From an uncultured Omnitrophica bacterium (GTDB lineage Bacteria; Omnitrophota; Gorgyraeia; JACQQV01), in assembly GCA_947085655.1 (NCBI GenBank), contig CAMTXH010000010.1, positions 82,015 to 146,014 on the forward strand: a stretch of DNA of 64,000 bases, in the 5' to 3' direction. Below, piece by piece: positions 1 through 9,506 of this stretch. Each line of letters starts with the position of its first letter. The first letter of the stretch is position 1. Below the pieces are notes generated by a model that was not told where the DNA came from, did not search any database, and saw only the letters and a list, made by a program, of their open reading frames with translations. Position numbers and translations under genes: made by a program.

Positions 1-106
1 TATAAATTGGCAAGAGATGTTTGTTGGTAACATCCGTCAGGGGATGAAGACGGCTTCCCAAACCTCCAGCAAGAATGATCCCCCGAATATGATCTGGTTT
101 AGCCAT
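1..106 (-). CDS. rmlA: glucose-1-phosphate thymidylyltransferase (RmlA family), 5' portion only; gene continues beyond window start
   Basis: ATG at 104-106 on minus strand; manual translation MAKPDHIRGIILAGGLGSRLHPLTDVTNKHLLPIY, the canonical GxGxRL N-terminus of sugar-1-P nucleotidyltransferases; absent from ORF track because open-ended; 2-nt gap to upstream gene stop at 99-101. Confidence 0.65.
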   Translation of the reverse strand, partial: MAKPDHIRGIILAGGLGSRLHPLTDVTNKHLLPIY

Positions 107-554
107 TTGCACAACTCCAATCATAGGGCACTTCCTTCGAATCAAAAGGAAGGCGGTATTCATCCGGTTTTTCATAATGGTAAGGCTCCGAGGAGACATT
201 GATCAGCAAAACCTCCTCGTCACCCACCGCCTTAAAGCCGTGGTAGACCCAAGGGGGGATTTGGACCAAAATCGGATGGTGTGGGCCCATCGAAAACTCA
301 TTGATTTCCCGATGGGTTGGAGAGTCCTTTCGTGCGTCATACAGAACCAAAAGCATCTTCCCGCTCACACAGACAAAGTGATCGTACTGGATTTTGTGAT
401 AGTGCCAGCCCTTCACGACGCCCGGATTCGCCGTGGTCAGGTAAACCTGTCCAAAGTTTCGGAAAATTTCATCGTCGTTCCTCAGCATCTCCATCAAGCG
501 CCCCCGGTCATCCGGCATCACCTTCAGTTCCTTGACCATCACGTTCTCGATCAT
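99..554 (-). CDS. rmlC: dTDP-4-keto-6-deoxyhexose 3,5-epimerase-like cupin (RmlC family)
   Basis: ORF 99..611 trimmed to internal Met (MIENV...) giving ATGA overlap with upstream stop at 551-554; motifs DDRGRLMEM, KGWHYHK, DSPT, IPPWVYHGF parallel RmlC DERGFFMET/RGLHYQ/SSPTFG/IPEGFAHGF. Confidence 0.55.
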   Translation of the reverse strand: MIENVMVKELKVMPDDRGRLMEMLRNDDEIFRNFGQVYLTTANPGVVKGWHYHKIQYDHFVCVSGKMLLVLYDARKDSPTHREINEFSMGPHHPILVQIPPWVYHGFKAVGDEEVLLINVSSEPYHYEKPDEYRLPFDSKEVPYDWSCANG

Positions 555-2386
555 GCCGTTCCTCCATTTCCATCGTCTTGAATATTGATGACATAGGGCA
601 TCCGGTGGCAAAGAATGTTGTTTCGCTGGCAGTTCTCATACACATCCGCCAACTGCTTATCAGAAACAGAGGGAATGGCGATGAGCACCTCCTCAACCCT
701 TTCCTGCCTGGCAATCGTGACCAAATCATGGCGGGTTCCCAAAACAGGGATGCCGTGGATGAGATGGTCGCGTTTCTTCTTGTCGTCGTCTATAAAGCCG
801 ACCAGTTTGTAATTCAGTCGGCGATTGTTCCGGATTTCACGGAGGGCCAGTTCCCCCGCATCCCCCGCCCCCATAATCAGGATCCGTTTGCCATGCTCTC
901 CCAAGGAAATGAAAAATTCCCGAAAGAATCGGAGGACAACCCGGGAGCCGGCCACCAACACAAGGAGGAGAAGCCCATCGATGACGAAGACGGCGCGGGA
1001 ATATCCCTCAAATCGGAAAAGATACACCAAGTACAGAACGGCTACAATTTGACCCACCACCACCGCCTTGAAAATAGCCATAAGATCATTCAAACTGACG
1101 TATCGCCAAACTCCCCGATAAAGGCCGAAGGTGAAAAAAGAAATGATTTTGATGCCGATCAGAACAGGAAGAGACTCCAAGATCAACTGATGGTTGATTT
1201 CTGAAATGACCCCCTCAAACCGGAGGAGAAACGCCGAAAAATAGGCAAGGCAAATCAGCGAAAGATCCACCAACACCTCGACAATCCGCCGCTTGTGATA
1301 CAGAATGCCATCGAGAAAAATCCATCCTGTTTTCTCTCCGTTCGCCTTCAACTTTTCCTCGTCTGTATAGACTTTGATTTCGCCAAGAAATCTCCCGAAG
1401 GAAAAAAGTCCGATGGCGGCGAGCCCCACCAGAACCACCATTACCGCAGGATTTAACTTCGTATAAAGAAGGGTCAGCCCCCCAAACAAAAGACTCACAA
1501 TATAAAGCGTGAGGACTGCCTTCCGTTCCGACAAACCAAAGGCGACCAAACGGTGGGAGGCATGATCGCGTCCGCCATGGGAGATGGGGCGTTGGTTCAG
1601 TCTCCGTGCAAGCGTCACGAGAGTCGTATCCAAGATTGGGACGGAAAGGGCCAAGACCGGAAGGGCGAAAATGACGACCAAATTCGATATTCCCTGATCG
1701 ATTTGAAGAATTGCCCCGACTGCCAAAAGATAACCCAACAGCATACTCCCGCAGTCCCCCATAAAGATTTGGGCAGGGGTGAAGTTATACCGGAGAAACG
1801 CAAGGGTCGCACCAATGAGCAAAGCCATCAGGATAGCAACGTGGGGATGGCCATTCATCAGGGTGTTCCCGAGAAGCGTCAAGGCGGAAATGACCGCGAT
1901 CCCGCCCGCCAGACCGTCCATGTTGTCCAGAAGATTTACTGCATTCATCAACCCCACAATCCAAAGAATCGTCAAGGGGATGCTGACTAGCGGTGAAATG
2001 CTCCCCGCGAACCGGACACCGAACCCGATGGTGACACAGGCGATCACGATTTGACCGATCAACTTGGAGGAGGGTTTGATCCGGATGAGATCATCCGCAA
2101 GACCCAATGCAACCGAAAGAGAACTTCCCAAAAGGATCATCCAAAAAATCATGCCGTCCCGGAGAAAGAGAAGAAACGAAACCAGAAAAGCGAGGAAGAT
2201 GGCGACCCCTCCCAAAAGAGGGGTCGGCCTCGAGTGCCAGCGATCCTGTTTCGGAAGGGAAACGCAATGAATCTTTAGGGCAAAGCGTTTGACCAGAGGT
2301 GTCAGTCCTAGAGCCAGAAAAAAACTAAAGGCGAACGCTGCTCCGACGGCGATAAGAGGGCTACTGTTTAAAATAGTCGATGACAC
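551..2386 (-). CDS. polyprenyl-phosphate HexNAc-1-phosphate transferase (WecA/WbpL/MraY family, GT4-like) fused to a CapD/PglF-type N-terminal membrane + CoA-binding-like module
   Basis: N-terminal 330 aa multi-TM with NAVNLLDNMDGLAGG MraY/WecA motif; C-terminal GLYRGVWRYVSLNDL 4-TM motif then ILIMGAGDAGELALREI...VGFIDDD...IHGIPVLG Rossmann-like segment typical of WbpM/PglF/WcaJ N-termini; no dehydratase domain. Confidence 0.7.
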   Translation of the reverse strand: MSSTILNSSPLIAVGAAFAFSFFLALGLTPLVKRFALKIHCVSLPKQDRWHSRPTPLLGGVAIFLAFLVSFLLFLRDGMIFWMILLGSSLSVALGLADDLIRIKPSSKLIGQIVIACVTIGFGVRFAGSISPLVSIPLTILWIVGLMNAVNLLDNMDGLAGGIAVISALTLLGNTLMNGHPHVAILMALLIGATLAFLRYNFTPAQIFMGDCGSMLLGYLLAVGAILQIDQGISNLVVIFALPVLALSVPILDTTLVTLARRLNQRPISHGGRDHASHRLVAFGLSERKAVLTLYIVSLLFGGLTLLYTKLNPAVMVVLVGLAAIGLFSFGRFLGEIKVYTDEEKLKANGEKTGWIFLDGILYHKRRIVEVLVDLSLICLAYFSAFLLRFEGVISEINHQLILESLPVLIGIKIISFFTFGLYRGVWRYVSLNDLMAIFKAVVVGQIVAVLYLVYLFRFEGYSRAVFVIDGLLLLVLVAGSRVVLRFFREFFISLGEHGKRILIMGAGDAGELALREIRNNRRLNYKLVGFIDDDKKKRDHLIHGIPVLGTRHDLVTIARQERVEEVLIAIPSVSDKQLADVYENCQRNNILCHRMPYVINIQDDGNGGTA

Positions 2387-3362
2387 TCTTCAAAATCTCC
2401 TCAAGGTTCATTTTCGGTTTGTAGCCGAGTAGCGAATGTATTTTTTCAATGTTCGGCGTCCGCCGCTGCATATCCTCAAAACCCTCTCCATAGGCCTCCT
2501 CATAGGGAACATATTCAATCGGCGAGGCAGAACCAGTCATTTCCTTGACTCGTTTTGCCAGATCTTCGATCGTAATTTCTTCACCGTTTCCAACATTGAA
2601 GACGTCCCCTTCCGCCTTCGGCTCGTTCATCAGGGCAATCAATGCCGCGACGGTGTCGGAAACATGGTTAAAACTGCGCGATTGCTTTCCGTCTCCGTGG
2701 ACACGAATCGACTGTCCCAGGAGTGCCGCCTGAACAAAATTCGGAAGAACCATCCCGTACTGGCCTGTCTGCCGCGGCCCGACGGTGTTGAAAATCCTTG
2801 CAATCACGACCGGAAGCTTTTTCTCGATGTGGTATGCAAGGGCCAGGAACTCATCGATCGTCTTAGAGGAGGCGTAGGCCCAGCGTCTTTTCTTGACCGG
2901 CCCCAAGATCCGGTTGTCGTCCTCACGTAATGTATGCTCGACATGATTTCCGTAAATCTCCGAGGTAGAAGCCAGAAGAACTTTGCGTTTGTACTTATTC
3001 GCAATCTTCAGGACAATCTCAGTGCCTTTGACATTGGTCTCGATGGTTTCAATCGGTTTGTCCATAATGAGCCGGACGCCGACGGCTGCTGCCAGATGAT
3101 AAATTTGTTCAACGTTTTTAATCAGTTTGTCCATCACATCCTCGTTCATGATGCTATCTACGGTAAGGTGAAACTTCGGATGATGGACGATTCCTTCCAA
3201 ATTCTGCAATCTTCCTGTTGAGAGATTATCGATCACCCAAACCTCGTCTCCCCGCTCAAGGAGCGCTTCTGAAAGATGGGAACCGATAAACCCGGCTCCG
3301 CCCGTCACCAAGATTTTCACGGAATCACCTTCTCTTTCCCCTGTTTTCCAGTAACTCTTCAT
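2361..3362 (-). CDS. NAD-dependent nucleotide-sugar epimerase/dehydratase (extended SDR, GalE/UDP-glucuronate decarboxylase-like)
   Basis: ILVTGGAGFIGSHL glycine-rich NAD motif, YASSK catalytic motif; possible GTG start near 3320 just after upstream stop. Confidence 0.8.
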   Translation of the reverse strand: MKSYWKTGEREGDSVKILVTGGAGFIGSHLSEALLERGDEVWVIDNLSTGRLQNLEGIVHHPKFHLTVDSIMNEDVMDKLIKNVEQIYHLAAAVGVRLIMDKPIETIETNVKGTEIVLKIANKYKRKVLLASTSEIYGNHVEHTLREDDNRILGPVKKRRWAYASSKTIDEFLALAYHIEKKLPVVIARIFNTVGPRQTGQYGMVLPNFVQAALLGQSIRVHGDGKQSRSFNHVSDTVAALIALMNEPKAEGDVFNVGNGEEITIEDLAKRVKEMTGSASPIEYVPYEEAYGEGFEDMQRRTPNIEKIHSLLGYKPKMNLEEILKSVIDYFKQ

Positions 3363-5214
3363 AAAGTATTTTCATGTCCGATATGAGCCGTTCCTTGGAA
3401 TACCGGTCCCGAACCCACTCACGACCCCTTTCCCCAAAGCGAATCCGGATCTCTGCATGATCCAAAAGGAATCCGATTCTGTCGCAGAAAGTCGATCCGT
3501 CCCCCGGCGACACAAGATACCCTGTGACTCCCTCCTGAACAACATCCGGAACCCCGCCCACCCGGGTCGAGACGACCGGCCGGGCCGCCGCCATTGCCTC
3601 AATCAGAGAAACTGGAGTCCCCTCATTTTTTGAGGTCTGAACCACCACATCCAAATCTGGGTAAATCCGCTCAAGGTCCTTCCGCCAGCCAAGAAACGTA
3701 ACGTGCCGTTTTAAACTCCGCCTTTGACATTCTGTCTCCAATGTCTCACGTAATTCGCCATCCCCCACAATGACAAAATGAACATCCTGGTGGCGCTTCA
3801 AAAGTTCCGCCGCGATCGAGAGGAAAAAGGCGTGGTCTTTGACCGGCACCAGCCGACCGACAATCCCGATGAGTCGGATTCCTTCCGAAAGCCCCAATTC
3901 CCTACGGAGAAAACCGCGATGCTTTTCCGCATCCAAAAAGGAGTCCAGATCGAGTCCTAAAGGGATAACCCGGATCTTTTCGGGAGAACCGATGCGGTAT
4001 TTCTGAGAAAGTTCCTGACGGACTTCTTCGCTGACCGCGATGAGGCAGTCGGACCGGCGGGCGAGCCATCGTTCGACGGCGAGGAAAAACCGGGTCTTAG
4101 GTCCGTTGAAATAATCATGAAAGACATGGCCGTGATAGGTATGCACCCGGACCGGAACACCGACCAAAAGCGCTGCCAATCGACCCAATGCCCCCGCCTT
4201 CGCCATATGGGTGTGGACAATATCCGGACGTTCCCGCCTGAAAAGCCGGAGGAGTTTCCAGAAACTAATCCAGTCGGTCACCGGATGAATTTTCCGCCTC
4301 AGTTCCGGAACCGCATGCACCGAAATCCTAGGGTGCCCCTTGAGTTCCAACAAATTCCCCTCCCGGGGTTCGGTAGACCCTGAGACCAAAAGACTTTCAA
4401 ACTGGCCATGGTTCATTCCTTCCGTCAGGAAAAGGGCGTGCAAGGCGGGACCCCCGATATTCATACGGGTCACGACGCGCATGATTTTTCTTCGGCTTCC
4501 GTCCTTTTGACGGCGCCTCAATTCAAGAAGGCCGAGACCGCACTTCCAAACGATCTTAAAGAATTTCAAATGACTTTCTCTCCTGGCGATGGAAACAACA
4601 GGGACTTCGGCAATTCGAAGTCCGGAACGATTTGCCAAAAGGAGTATTTCCAAATCCCAAAGCCAGTCGTTTCGAACGGTCTTTTTCATGAGAGGAAACA
4701 GCGCTTCCCTTCTAAAAGCCTTGAGACCTGCCTGAGTATCACGAATGGACAATTTAAATAAGAAGGACAAGACAAATCGATAAATGGCCTGTACCAGATT
4801 TCTCATCCATCCCCGCTTCGCCTCTCCTCCAGGTACTGCTCTGGATCCAATAGCAATATCAAATCCTTCCTCCAGACGAACAAGCAGGTGTTCCAAATAA
4901 GAGACGTCGATCTCCAAATCGGCATCCAAGAAGGCATAATATTTGCTTTCGCCGTGCAGAAAGCCCTGTTTTAGAATTCCTCCCTTTCCGACGTTTTTTT
5001 CCTGTCTGACCACAACCACCTTCTCCGGATGTTTCAGGGATTCCTTTTGAAGGATTTCGTCAGAACCGTCCGTTGAGCCGTCATCCGCAAGAACCAAAGT
5101 GTAATCGTAACGCTTTTCTTCGAGGAAGGAACGAATTCGGTGAAGATTCGATTCCAGGATATCCCGCTCGTTAAAGATGGGGATCACCAGCGTCAATGTG
5201 TGAAAGGTGTTCAT
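3325..5214 (-). CDS. bifunctional glycosyltransferase: N-terminal GT2 domain fused to C-terminal GT4 (group 1) domain
   Basis: ORF 3325..5262 trimmed to MNTFHTLTLVIPIFNE (ATGA overlap at 5211-5214); GT2 signature VIPIFNE...LADDGSTDGS; GT4 signatures IVHTHMAKAG and NEGTPVSLIEAMAAARPVVSTRVGG (EX7E). Confidence 0.7.
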   Translation of the reverse strand: MNTFHTLTLVIPIFNERDILESNLHRIRSFLEEKRYDYTLVLADDGSTDGSDEILQKESLKHPEKVVVVRQEKNVGKGGILKQGFLHGESKYYAFLDADLEIDVSYLEHLLVRLEEGFDIAIGSRAVPGGEAKRGWMRNLVQAIYRFVLSFLFKLSIRDTQAGLKAFRREALFPLMKKTVRNDWLWDLEILLLANRSGLRIAEVPVVSIARRESHLKFFKIVWKCGLGLLELRRRQKDGSRRKIMRVVTRMNIGGPALHALFLTEGMNHGQFESLLVSGSTEPREGNLLELKGHPRISVHAVPELRRKIHPVTDWISFWKLLRLFRRERPDIVHTHMAKAGALGRLAALLVGVPVRVHTYHGHVFHDYFNGPKTRFFLAVERWLARRSDCLIAVSEEVRQELSQKYRIGSPEKIRVIPLGLDLDSFLDAEKHRGFLRRELGLSEGIRLIGIVGRLVPVKDHAFFLSIAAELLKRHQDVHFVIVGDGELRETLETECQRRSLKRHVTFLGWRKDLERIYPDLDVVVQTSKNEGTPVSLIEAMAAARPVVSTRVGGVPDVVQEGVTGYLVSPGDGSTFCDRIGFLLDHAEIRIRFGERGREWVRDRYSKERLISDMKILYEELLENRGKRR

Positions 5215-6506
5215 GAGGGTATAACCCCCTGTTGAGAGGCAAACAGGGCCAGATAAAGCCAAAGGTGCCTCAAGTGATGAAGATCAACGTAGAAACCTGT
5301 CAGTACCAAACCCAAAAGGGTATACGCCATAACCGGAGAGTAAGTTGCCTCGTTGTGTTTGAAGGCGTTTGGAAAGCGGCGTCTTGCTGTTTTGGCCAAA
5401 TGCATACAGAACATGGCAAAAGCGCCACACCCCAATAAGCCGCGTGTCGCCAGGAGTCCGAGCCAGGTACTGTGAGGCATGGCATAACGGTATCGGTCGT
5501 GAATTTTTTTTTCTGAGACCGCGTTTTGCGTCAGTATTTGAAAACCGCCGGGGCCGACACCAAGCCAGGGATGCTTCCGGAAGCCATCCCATGCAATCCG
5601 CTTCAAAAGGCCGTAGGAGGCAGGGTCAAATGTTATGGAAAATGTGAGTTTTGGAGACCCAACACCGCTTTGATAAAAAGAATACTGCATTTTAGAAGGG
5701 CCCAGGTCCTCACGGGACCAGCGCCATACCACATCTCTTACGACAATGGAGGACGACAATTCCAGGAGCAAAACAAGACCGACCAAGCCAGCAAGAACCA
5801 GCGTTTTATTCCTCCGCCACAGCAAAAGGAAAAGAACCGTTGCCGCAACACCGGCAAAAACCCGGGAATAGGTAAGCCAGAGGGCAAGGAAGGCGAAACC
5901 AAACAAAACGCTCCACTGGAAACGATGGTTTCCGACGGAAACCTTCTGCCATATAAGACTCAAAACAAGTACCAAATAGGTTGCTAACATCGTCGGCGCA
6001 AATTGGGGGCTGCAGAAGGTGGAGAGCAGGCGAACACGCTCCCCAAAAAAAGGCATCAGCGTCACAAAAACAAAAGGATTGTCTACACCCAGCATATGCA
6101 AAAGATACGCCCCCAGCCCGATGCCGGTGACGATGCCTCCCACAACAAGAAAAGTTGTAACGGTCTTTTGGGGCAGGCCCTTTTGTGACAAAACATGCAA
6201 GCTGGAGAAAAATATCAATATCACGTAAAGATCTTTTGTGACCTCAATCCAATGAGCACGCAGGCCTCCCCGAAAGAAGGACGAGACGATGCTGACCATC
6301 AGAAAAATTCCAAGCCATCGCGCATAAGGGTTCCCTAAGCGTCGTTTGTTTTTCTCGCGCATCCACTCCAGACCGGCGACAAGAATGAATATTCCGCCTA
6401 AAAGGTCCACAACCCCTATCAGTACGGGATGCATCAGGAAAGGAACGCTAAAGAGGTATGCCAAAAACAGCTTCCCTGAAAGAGATGTCCGCACGGCGTT
6501 ACACAA
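5211..6506 (-). CDS. O-antigen ligase/polymerase family membrane protein (Wzy_C domain)
   Basis: about 10 predicted TM helices plus periplasmic loop with HSTWLGLLATRGLLG and HPWLGVGPGGF motifs typical of WaaL/Wzy_C. Confidence 0.6.
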   Translation of the reverse strand: MCNAVRTSLSGKLFLAYLFSVPFLMHPVLIGVVDLLGGIFILVAGLEWMREKNKRRLGNPYARWLGIFLMVSIVSSFFRGGLRAHWIEVTKDLYVILIFFSSLHVLSQKGLPQKTVTTFLVVGGIVTGIGLGAYLLHMLGVDNPFVFVTLMPFFGERVRLLSTFCSPQFAPTMLATYLVLVLSLIWQKVSVGNHRFQWSVLFGFAFLALWLTYSRVFAGVAATVLFLLLWRRNKTLVLAGLVGLVLLLELSSSIVVRDVVWRWSREDLGPSKMQYSFYQSGVGSPKLTFSITFDPASYGLLKRIAWDGFRKHPWLGVGPGGFQILTQNAVSEKKIHDRYRYAMPHSTWLGLLATRGLLGCGAFAMFCMHLAKTARRRFPNAFKHNEATYSPVMAYTLLGLVLTGFYVDLHHLRHLWLYLALFASQQGVIPS

Positions 6507-8343
6507 ATCCTTTCAACCAGGAATAAAGAATACCCAGCACCTCGTGAAGCAGTGCCCGAAGTTGACCCATTTGAACCGGCACTTTTTTCCCGTAAAAACT
6601 GCTTTTCGCAACGGGAAGGTAGCGTACCTCAATGTCCGGTGCCACCTTGTGAAATACCATCGATAAGCGCCGCATGTGATAGGGGGCGCTGACCAAAAGG
6701 ATAGAGTCCCATTTCTTTTGTGCAAGGATTTCTTTCACAAATTGAACATTTTCATAGGTGCTAGAAGAATGGGTCTCCAACAAAATTGCATCCTCCGGAA
6801 CGCCGCTTGATGTCGCGATCAATTTCATGTCTTCTGCTTCCTGATAGGAATAGACATAGCCGGATGAGAAGAGAATGGCAGGAGCCCAACCGGCCTTGTA
6901 AAGCTCCGAGGCGTACCGCGCCCGTTCAATGGTGCTGATCCCAGGGTGCCTTGTCTCACCCACCCCACCCCCCAATACGACGATCACATCCGCTTTTTGG
7001 GGAGCTTCTGCAATCTTCAGGGGACTTGCAAGCATCCAGATGAAGGGCGTATAAAAGAAAGCCGCCCAGCTGATTCCCACAACAACCAGGATCGTCGCAA
7101 GTTTCCTTCTTGTCTTCCGGTAGGCCATTTGAAACGCACTCGCCCAATGAGACTCCGAAAATGCCCTCTTTTCCTTTATCCTGTCCGCAATCAGCATGCT
7201 CATGGATTCAATCCGGTTTGTCCAGCTGTTCTGGCGTGCGGCATCAATCCGTCTCTGAACATCAGTCCCATTTGCGGTTTTTAGTGTTTCTTGAACCCGA
7301 CGAAAAAAAGAATCGGGACCGTCCCCGATGGACACCAGTTCCCCGAAATCCCGATTGAAACGGATGACTTCCGGGAGAGGTGTCGAGACAACCGGTTTCC
7401 CCAGAAAAAAATACTCATTCAGCTTGGTCGGATAGACGCACCGGGTATAGTCCGTCAGAACGTAGGGAATGAGTCCCACATCAAACGCCTGAATGTATCC
7501 GGGAAGCTCCTCGTGGGTCCTTCCGCCGACAAAGTGGATGTTCGGCCGTTTTTCCAGAAGACTGACATCCGTCTGCACCGGCCCGACAAGGACAAAGGAA
7601 CAATCCGGCATTTTCCCTGCCAAATGATGCAACAGGTTCTGGTCAATCCACTTGTGGACACCTCCGACATAGCCGATCAAGGGCCGTTTCAGCGCCGCAA
7701 GTTCCGAGGGTTGCCGGGCAGAGGCCTGCTTGGCCTTTTCGAATGTTCTGAGCGAAACGCCGAATGGGAAGAAATGAACAGAGGTGTTAGATGTCTCGCA
7801 GCGGCGTTTCAATTGCTCCGAAGTCACGAAAATCAGATCCGCTCTTTCGCAAAGACGTTTCTCGGAGCGCCTTATTTTTTCGGCGGCGCGGCTGCTGCTG
7901 GCGAAATGGTCGATGCAGTAATAAATAAGGCACTGGTGGTCGATGTGGTCGATGAGATCCAAAACGAGATCTGTCGGCAAAAATGTCCAGATGATCGGTT
8001 TGTCAAATTGGACGGACCGCATCCACCGCCTGAGTGTTCTCAGCAGGATCAAGGAGTTAATCCGCGTCGCAATAGCTGAATACGGGAACGGCAGGGCCAA
8101 GGGGGAAAAGATAAAAAGTCCCTCTGATTTTTTCCGGATTCCCCCCAGTCCTTTTTTCCAATTCAGAAAGCGCTTTTTCAACCTCGGCAAATCCCGCAGG
8201 CCCGGCGTCCGAACACCCAGATTTTCTACAAAGAGGACGCGGTTTCCCTCTTCCGCCAAAGTCGTCATAATTTCTTGGTGGCCCTGCCAAATAAAGTCCC
8301 AATCGATCGAAGAGATACAGAGAATGTTTTCGTTCTTTAACAT
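6499..8343 (-). CDS. GT4 (TuaH-like) glycosyltransferase fused to C-terminal DUF218/YdcF (SanA/ElyC-like) domain
   Basis: ORF 6499..8394 trimmed to MLKNENILC (ATG 8341-8343 right after upstream stop 8337-8339); N-term SSIDWDFIWQGHQ TuaH-like start; C-term ADVIVVLGGGVG...SSTYENVQF...SAPYHMRRL DUF218 signature. Confidence 0.6.
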   Translation of the reverse strand: MLKNENILCISSIDWDFIWQGHQEIMTTLAEEGNRVLFVENLGVRTPGLRDLPRLKKRFLNWKKGLGGIRKKSEGLFIFSPLALPFPYSAIATRINSLILLRTLRRWMRSVQFDKPIIWTFLPTDLVLDLIDHIDHQCLIYYCIDHFASSSRAAEKIRRSEKRLCERADLIFVTSEQLKRRCETSNTSVHFFPFGVSLRTFEKAKQASARQPSELAALKRPLIGYVGGVHKWIDQNLLHHLAGKMPDCSFVLVGPVQTDVSLLEKRPNIHFVGGRTHEELPGYIQAFDVGLIPYVLTDYTRCVYPTKLNEYFFLGKPVVSTPLPEVIRFNRDFGELVSIGDGPDSFFRRVQETLKTANGTDVQRRIDAARQNSWTNRIESMSMLIADRIKEKRAFSESHWASAFQMAYRKTRRKLATILVVVGISWAAFFYTPFIWMLASPLKIAEAPQKADVIVVLGGGVGETRHPGISTIERARYASELYKAGWAPAILFSSGYVYSYQEAEDMKLIATSSGVPEDAILLETHSSSTYENVQFVKEILAQKKWDSILLVSAPYHMRRLSMVFHKVAPDIEVRYLPVAKSSFYGKKVPVQMGQLRALLHEVLGILYSWLKGFV

Positions 8344-9506
8344 GCAAAGACCTCTCGAAGAAGCCCCTCGACCGTCGCGGCACGGTGCTCCCAAGTGTGT
8401 TGGAGGGCGAACTCGACCCTGGACCGTTCCTTGTCTCCTTTTTCCCCCAGTGCTTTTTGGATCTGCAAGATGAATGAAGAACTATCCTCTGCCACGTAGA
8501 CCAATCCGTCCATCTCTTCAAAGCTTCCAAGCGGTGTCGAGACAACCGGTTTTCCGACAGCCAGATATTCAAAGATCTTTAATGTCGAAAGCCCCTCGGT
8601 GAACGGGTCCACGATGAAGGGATGCAGGCACACATCGGCTTCTCTCAAAAACTGGGGAACCCGGCGTCGTTCCTGCTCCCCCAGGTAAAAGACATTGGGA
8701 AGCCGGAAAAGTTCCCGGAAGGCCGTTTTCCCTCTCATCAGCCGCCCGATCAAAAGCAAAGACCAGTCTCTCTTTTGCTGCATCACCTCAACCATAAGAG
8801 GAATGTTAAACTTACGCGCATCAAGATGTCCGGCAAAGGCCAGTCGGGGTGAAGGAATCCGGTGAAGCGCCCCGTTCTCATCCGAAGACGGCATCCGGGA
8901 TTCCCTAAAGAAAATGGTTTCATCAACGGCACTCGGGAGAAAACAGATCCTTCGAGGACTTGCAGGAAAAAGAGCTGCCCGCCGTTCGGACATCGTGAAG
9001 ACAAGATCCGCCCGCCGTAAAAGTTCCGCCTCCACCTCCTGGAGGGTCCTCTGCCGAAGCCAGATGTTTCTCTCCGCCGAGTGACCCTCAAGGGCGTGGT
9101 ACACGACCCCAGCCACATCGCCAAAGGCCGGTATCGCATCAGCCGCCAGGGGCGTATAAGTCCATAGAAGCGGTGTTGTAAAGTGGAGCCGGGACAAAAC
9201 CTGTTTTAATTCATTCACCAGACGCCTCTGGTTCCATTGGTTGATCCGGCGATCATAAGCCCCAAAGGGAAACGACAGGGAGGGTGTGTACACCCAAAGA
9301 GACGGTGCGACACTGCGCAAAGCCCCATTCTTCTTCCATCGTCCCCGCAAAGATTTGTAACGGAAGGGGTGAAGGCAGGATGCCTGATATTCCACAAAGA
9401 GCACGCGACGCTGCCCGGCCAGCCGGCGCATGATCTGCTGCCGGCTGCCGACCGGAAAATCCCAATCCGATGTAGAGAAACAAACAATGTCAAAACTAGG
9501 TGTCAT
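8337..9506 (-). CDS. GT4 (TuaH-like) glycosyltransferase
   Basis: ORF 8337..9644 probably starting at MTPSFDIVCFSTSDWDF; paralogous N-terminus to previous gene; C-terminal VGKPVVSTPLGSFEE GT-B motif. Confidence 0.6.
   Translation of the reverse strand: MTPSFDIVCFSTSDWDFPVGSRQQIMRRLAGQRRVLFVEYQASCLHPFRYKSLRGRWKKNGALRSVAPSLWVYTPSLSFPFGAYDRRINQWNQRRLVNELKQVLSRLHFTTPLLWTYTPLAADAIPAFGDVAGVVYHALEGHSAERNIWLRQRTLQEVEAELLRRADLVFTMSERRAALFPASPRRICFLPSAVDETIFFRESRMPSSDENGALHRIPSPRLAFAGHLDARKFNIPLMVEVMQQKRDWSLLLIGRLMRGKTAFRELFRLPNVFYLGEQERRRVPQFLREADVCLHPFIVDPFTEGLSTLKIFEYLAVGKPVVSTPLGSFEEMDGLVYVAEDSSSFILQIQKALGEKGDKERSRVEFALQHTWEHRAATVEGLLREVFAC

Noticed and set aside
177-1204. Plus-strand ORFs 177..581, 317..535, 578..1204 and 615..812
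   Set aside because: They are antisense to the well-supported rmlC-like and WecA-like genes. Their translations are low-complexity (R/P/H/Q-rich) with no motifs.
7291-8473. Plus-strand ORFs of 262 aa and 176 aa antisense to the TuaH-like/DUF218 fusion
   Set aside because: No domain signatures. The strong GT4 and DUF218 motifs are on the opposite strand. The composition is typical of antisense read-through.
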